NCBI GenBank assembly: GCA_002269645.1
Contig: NIVC01000380.1
Span: forward strand, 124,001-188,000
Length of the DNA stretch: 64,000 nt
Reading direction: 5' to 3'
Origin: Macrostomum lignano
Taxonomy: Eukaryota
In this document: in pieces, positions 35,601-64,000 of the stretch
Layout: every line of letters begins with the position of its first letter
How positions within the stretch are numbered: the stretch's first letter is position 1
The notes under the pieces: generated by a model
What the model saw: only the letters and a program-made list of their open reading frames with translations
Databases searched by the model: none
What the model was told of the DNA's origin: nothing
Program-made: the position numbers and the translations under genes

Positions 35601-38600
35601 GGCTTTAAGCTACAAAAAACAAGCTCAAATTTGAAATCAGCACCATAAAAAACCCCTAGAGAGACAAAACTATGATCCTATCAAAACTGCAACTAGGCCT
35701 ATTTTATCTACCTAAAGTTCAAGAAGTCTATCTACTTTTAACAGAGGATAGCCAATCCTCTGTTAAGGGATTGGTCCAATAGATGGCTTAGGGGCTATCT
35801 TGCAAAATCATTTACTAAATTCACTACCACTAGGCCTATATGCACATTTTTTAGCTATTGCCTATTAATATGAAACTTGCCAAAAATGAATACTTTCATT
35901 ATGCTAACATTTTAGAAGTGTTTTGGCATTTAGATTCTATTTGTAGGGGGTTGTAAGTTAACTTTTATTGCAATTTCTAGATTTTCTAATTTTTTCAAAA
36001 TTTAACAACTATTAGGCCTAACAATTATAATTATGCAATTTTGAATTTGTGCGTTGATATGACTGGCAAAAAATGTATCTATGGCCAAAATTAGTTACAA
36101 ACTCTGGGGCTTTAAGAAGAGGGGCACTGCTAAGCTGCAAATATTGCGTCAGCATCATTGCGAATAGTGCTTTCCAATTAAAATTGCCTTAAATTGGCTG
36201 GCGGACGACCTTCTGCCTCAACATAGATTTTGCCACCTTAAGAGTTTCGCCCAGCCCTTGAACTAATAAATATAAACACTTTCTAAATACTTCCAAAATG
36301 TTGGCATAAACATTCATTTTTGGAAAGTTTTATGTCAATAGCTAAAAAATGTGCATACACAGTGAATTTAACAAACGATTCTGCAGGATAGCCAGCTTAG
36401 GCCTATATCTAAAGCGTTGGCTGCAATTAATAAATCAGACTTAAAAAGACTTATGATCAAATTTATCCATGTTAAATATCTGTCACCAAACTTGTTTCTT
36501 GCCAAATTTGTGCATGTCCTTATTCCTATTTCCTACCAAAACTTTAATTAGGCTAGAGCCTGCCTACAAAGAAACTAGAAAAATACTTTTGAAAAGAGAC
36601 CAAACCAGCAATAGCAACACATCATCCACTTGTAGGTTATAGCTAAAGTAGTAACTTTGTTTCTGATCAAAATAGACAGTGATTCGCGTGTCCGTTCGTT
36701 ATTTGAGAATAGATGAAGTAGTAGTAGTAGTAGTAAGTTGGCTCAGGCAAGAAGCCTGTTTGGCCAGTATATTTCTGTGTATTTAAGTTATTTTGGCATT
36801 AGTTGTTTAATTACGATTAAGTTCAAAAGGTTAAATTTGTTTGTTCAAAAGGTTAAATTTTTACACGAGTTATGATGCGAGTTACGATTTTTGTAAAATT
36901 ATTAAGGTATTTGAAAGAGCGTTTTTTGTAAAAAGATGTAGTATTTTGCAAGCGCGCAATATTTCAAAGCGTGAAAAACGAACGAAAAATGAACAAAAAC
37001 GAACTTCGAAAGAACTTTACGTTAAACGAATAACGACGATTTAAATATGAACACTTCTTCGAAAGCACATTTGAAATAAAAAATAAACAGGATGAAAAAT
37101 TGATAAAACAAAACTCGATTGAAAAGAAATCTAATTTCTATTTTCTACTATTGTACTAAATAGTTAATAAGATTTTACAGAATTATTCTGTCACCGAATT
37201 TAAAAGGTTGTCGCTGAATTGGCTTCACTGAATTTGTCGTTGGTGAATCTGTCGCCAAATTTGTCTGTCCCCGAATCGATCAGCACCCCTGTGACATTGG
37301 CCTATACCGGCTATACGCAGATAAATTCTGGATAGAACGCATTGTAAAATTAGAAAAAGCCTAGCAAAGCCTAGAAAAGGTCCTTAACGCCTTTGCTTCA
37401 ATTCTGTATTGTACATTTTAAATGATGTGCACTGCACAAGCTTGTTCTCGATCGTTGGAGTAGTAGAGTTTTTTGGTGGAATAAAAGATTTCGAGCTTGT
37501 TTATTGTGTCTTTATTTCTAGTATTCATGGGTACTTCACGTAAGTACATGTAATACATCATGTGATATAGCTTCTACTAAGCTATTATCACGATATGTTG
37601 CTCGCGCGTATTTGCGCGTCTCAATCGATCGTCTGAATCTTGCGCGCTACCACCCGCGAATTTCTACTCGTGGCGCATATGGTGACCACATTCATTTGGG
37701 CTAGCTTGTGTGTGCAGGAAAATTGGCCGCAAAGGGTAATTGTTAATGCAGTTTGACCACGTACTGCATGTAGTACATGCCATGCCTCCAAAAGTTCAGT
37801 GTATTGCATGACGCGCCTCGTCAGCTCAGGAGACAAATCAACGAAATATGCAAACTGTCTCGATGGGACGATGTCGCTAAAACGGATCGACATCGACTAT
37901 GCTGCATGTCTAGTCATGGATCGATTCTGTAAAGGGTTACTACGATAGGAATGGGTTTTTGCTTTATAAAATTCAGTTCTGCATGCTGAACATAACATCA
38001 TGTATCGTTTCTACGATCGTATGCAGCTGAAATTGCAATTAAACTGCCACTTGACCTTACATTTTCACGAAGCCATTTTTATAAGCGTCAATTTACCTAC
38101 TGTATAGTAGAGCATAAAACTACTTGAACGCGTTGTGGTTTTGTGGTAATTTTTACCTACATGTACGTGCAATAAATCGGTAGCTACGAGCTATATAATT
38201 ATTTGTCTATTTTCACCTTCGCTAGAAAACAAGTTTGACTTTATAGTAGTTACAGTATACGCTCGCTTCATGAACCCCACACTTATCATTGCACTACTAA
38301 AGCACCAAGCACATGTTTACAGATTATACAAATGATTACACTGCGTGCACAAATATAATGCTGCTTTCGAGAGGTTGTAGGGGTTGAGATGCGAACAAAG
38401 ACTAAGCCTACAGTATATTTATACAGTTCAAGATCGTGTTCATACTCGCGTTATGGGATTTTTAACATCTGTTGTGTGTACCAGTCAGTTCTAAATAAGG
38501 TTTCTCCCTATAAATAAAAAAATGTCAAAAATTGCGCTGACCTCGAATGACCTTTTCTACTCGACTATCTGTGCAAGCCTATTTTGAATGGATCTGACGA

Positions 38601-38804
38601 CAGCCAGGCTATATCCCTTTATCAGTTGTCGGTAGCTATAATATATACCACATTAAATTATATATAGCACTGCAACGATCTGAAAAGAAAAACGATCCAT
38701 ACAGGTCAGCTTCCACCAGAAAGCAATATTTTATATTGACTTTGCTTGGATGAACGATTCCCCTGCACCTTTGCCAGTGCTCCGCTATCCCCTCTTTTAC
38801 TATC

Positions 38805-41385
38805 CATTGTCTTTCTTCGTTCCTCTCTGTCTCCTCCCTCTCTCCTCTCTTCCTCTGTCTCCTTCTCCCTCTCTTCTCTCATCCTCTGTCTCCTTCTCCC
38901 TCTCGATCCTCTCATCCTCTCTGTCTCCTTCTCCCTTTCTCGATCCTCTCATCCTATCTGTCTCTTCTCCCTTTCTCGATCCTCTCATCCTCTCTGTCTC
39001 CTTCTCCCTTTCTCGATCCTCTCATCCTATCTGTCTCTTCTCCCTTTCTCGATCCTCTCATCCTCTCTGTCTCCTTCTCCCTCTCGATCCTCTCATCCTA
39101 TCTGTCTCTTCTCCCTTTCTCGATCCTCTCATCCTCTCTGTCTCCTTCTCCCTTTCTCGATCCTCTCATCCTCTCTGTCTCCTTCTCCCTTTCTCGATCC
39201 TCTCATCCTCTCTGTCTCCTTCTCCCTTTCTCGATCCTCTCATCCTATCTGTATCTTCTCCCTTTCTCAAACCTCTCATCCTCTCTGTCTCCTTCTCCCT
39301 TTCTCGATCCTCTCATCCTATCTGTCTCCTTCTCCCTCTCTCCTCTCATCCTCTCTGTCTCCTTCTCCCTCTCCTCTCATCCTCTCTGTCTCCTTCTCCC
39401 TCTCCTCTCATCCTCTCTGTCCCCTTCTCCCTCTCCTCTCATCCTCTCTGTCTCCTTCTCCCTCTCCTCTCATCCTCTCTGTCTCCTTCTCCCTCTCCTC
39501 TCATCCTCTCTGTCTCCTTCTCCCTCTCCTCTCATCCTCTCTGTCTCCTTCTCCCTCTCCTCTCATCCTCTCTGTCTCCTTCTCCCTCTCCTCTCATCCT
39601 CTCTGTCTCCTTCTCCCTCTCGATCCTCTCATCCTATCTGTCTCCTTCTCCCTCTCCCCTCTCTTCCTATCTGTCTCCTTCTCCCTCTCGATCCTCTCAT
39701 CCTCTCTGTCTCCTTCTCCCTCTCCTCTCATCCTCTCTGTCTCCTTCTCCCTCTCCTCTCATCCTCTCTGTCTCCTTCTCCCTCTCCTCTCATCCTCTCT
39801 GTCTCCTTCTCCCTCTCGATCCTCTCATCCTATCTGTCTCCTTCTCCCTCTCCTCTCATCCTCTCTGTCTCCTTCTCCCTCTCCTCTCATCCTCTCTGTC
39901 TCCTTCTCCCTCTCCTCTCATCCTCTCTGTCTCCTTCTCCCTCTCGATCCTCTCATCCTCTCTGTCTCCTTCTCCCTCTCCTCTCTTCCTCTCTGTCTCC
40001 TTCTCCCTCTCGATCCTCTCATCCTATCTGTCTCCTTCTCCCTCTCCTCTCATCCTCTCTGTCTCCTTCTCCCTCTCCTCTCATCCTCTCTGTCTCCTTC
40101 TCCCTCTCTCCTCTCTTCCTCTCTGTCTCCTTCTCCCTCTCCTCTCATCCTCTCTGTCTCCTTCTCCCTCTCCTCTCATCCTCTCTGTCTCCTTCTCCCT
40201 CTCCCCTCTCTTCCTCTCTGTCTCCTTCTCCCTCTCGATCCTCTCATCCTATCTGTCTCCTTCTCCCTCTCCCCTCTCTTCCTATCTGTCTCCTCCCCCC
40301 TCTCGATCCTCTCATCCTCTCTGTCTCCTTCTCCCTCTCCCCTCTCTTCCTATCTGTCTCCTCCCCCCTCTCTCCTCTCATCCTCTCTGTCTCCTTCTCC
40401 CTCTCTCGATCCTCTCATCCTCTCTGTCTCCTTCTCCCTCTCCCCTCTCTTCCTATCTGTCTCCTCCCCCCTCTCTCATCTCATCCTCTCTGTCTCCTTC
40501 TCCCTCTCGATCCTCTCTTCCTATCTGTCTCCTTCTCCCTTTCTCGATCCTCTCATCCTCTCTGTCTCCTTCTCCCTCTCCTCTCATCCTCTCTGTCTCC
40601 TTCTCCCTCTCCTCTCATCCTCTCTGTCTCCTTCTCCCTCTCCTCTCATCCTCTCTGTCTCCTTCTCCCTCTCCTCTCATCCTCTCTGTCTCCTTCTCCC
40701 TCTCGATCCTCTCATCCTCTCTGTCTCCTTCTCCCTCTCCTCTCATCCTCTCTGTCTCCTTCTCCCTCTCGATCCTCTCATCCTATCTGTCTCTTTCTCC
40801 CTCTCCTCTCATCCTCTCTGTCTCCTTCTCCCTCTCCTCTCATCCTCTCTGTCTCCTTCTCCCTCTCCTCTCATCCTCTCTGTCTCCTTCTCCCTCTCCT
40901 CTCATCCTCTCTGTCTCCTTCTCCCTCTCCTCTCATCCTCTCAGTCTCCTTCTCCCTCTCCTCTCATCCTCTCTGTCTCCTTCTCCCTCTCCTCTCATCC
41001 TCTCTGTCTCCTTCTCCCTCTCCTCTCATCCTCTCTGTCCCCTTCTCCCTCTCCTCTCATCCTCTCTGTCTCCTTCTCCCTCTCCTCTCATCCTCTCTGT
41101 CTCCTTCTCCCTCTCCTCTCATCCTCTCTGTCTCCTTCTCCCTCTCCTCTCATCCTCCCTGTCCCCTTCTCCCTCTCCTCTCATCCTATCTGTCTCCGTC
41201 TCCCTCTCCTCTCATCCTCTCTGTCTCCTTCTCCCTCTCCTCTCATCCTCTCTGTCCCCTTCTCCCTCTCCTCTCATCCTATCTGTCTTCTTCTCCCTCT
41301 CTTGTCTCTTTTCTCTCCTATCTCCCCTCTCCATTCTCTCTCCCCTCTCTCCTCTCTCCGCTCTCCACTCTCCACTGCTCTCTCT
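38805..41385. repeat. 2.6-kb polypyrimidine compound satellite (~31-34-bp units, CTCTCATCCTCTCTGTCTCCTTCTCCCT)
   Basis: Direct reading. The long Ser/Leu/Pro ORFs are artefacts. Confidence 0.97.
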
Positions 41386-41613
41386 TCTAGTCAATTGCCA
41401 ATTTCTTCACTCACCCGGCTCGCAGTCATACGCTAGATTGTTTATCTGGCCGTTGAGATAAAATTGATCTTCAAACCTCGGCTTTATACAGTGTGGCCTT
41501 CCTCTTCTCTCATTGGCTGGTTGAGCTGGCGCATAGCTAAGCCAGCTACATCACGTAACGATATAAGTCACGCGAAACAACCGCCGCATCATGAGATTCA
41601 AATTAATTCGCCA

Positions 41614-63903
<22,290 letters not shown>

Positions 63904-64000
63904 TGTCTCAATTATCATCCATTACACTAAAAATTATTATCCCACATCTGTTAACAGCTCGTTATTTATTGTTTATGACGCCTTTTAAAATCTAAATCTT

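Overview
Eukaryotic (animal) genomic DNA with GT-AG spliced genes, no operons and no CRISPR. The GC-rich, poly-Q/poly-A-rich exons and satellite-filled introns resemble a free-living flatworm such as Macrostomum, but that assignment is an inference only. Four spliced genes were reconstructed by hand with consistent intron phases: CCDC13 (minus, 5 exons), a secreted 3x WSC-domain protein (plus, GC-AG introns), HDDC3/MESH1 (minus, 2 exons) and a SynGAP/DAB2IP/RASAL2-family RasGAP (plus, 8 exons, 12-kb first intron). Mobile DNA includes a very young 10-kb Ty3/gypsy-like LTR element that encodes only Gag and protease (2-kb LTRs, tRNA-Leu PBS, PPT, 4-bp TSD), two copies of a tRNA-derived SINE and a hAT MITE. 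Almost every intron carries its own tandem repeat. The most unusual signals are: (1) two upstream domains depleted of CG and enriched in TAG/CTA, with CAG/CTG also low in the stretch counted, where the SINE copy shows C>T decay at both CG and CWG sites; (2) a covarying RNA hairpin repeated twice in the LTR element leader; (3) WSC modules that appear to be diversifying and are joined by weak GC donors. All counts are manual and approximate.
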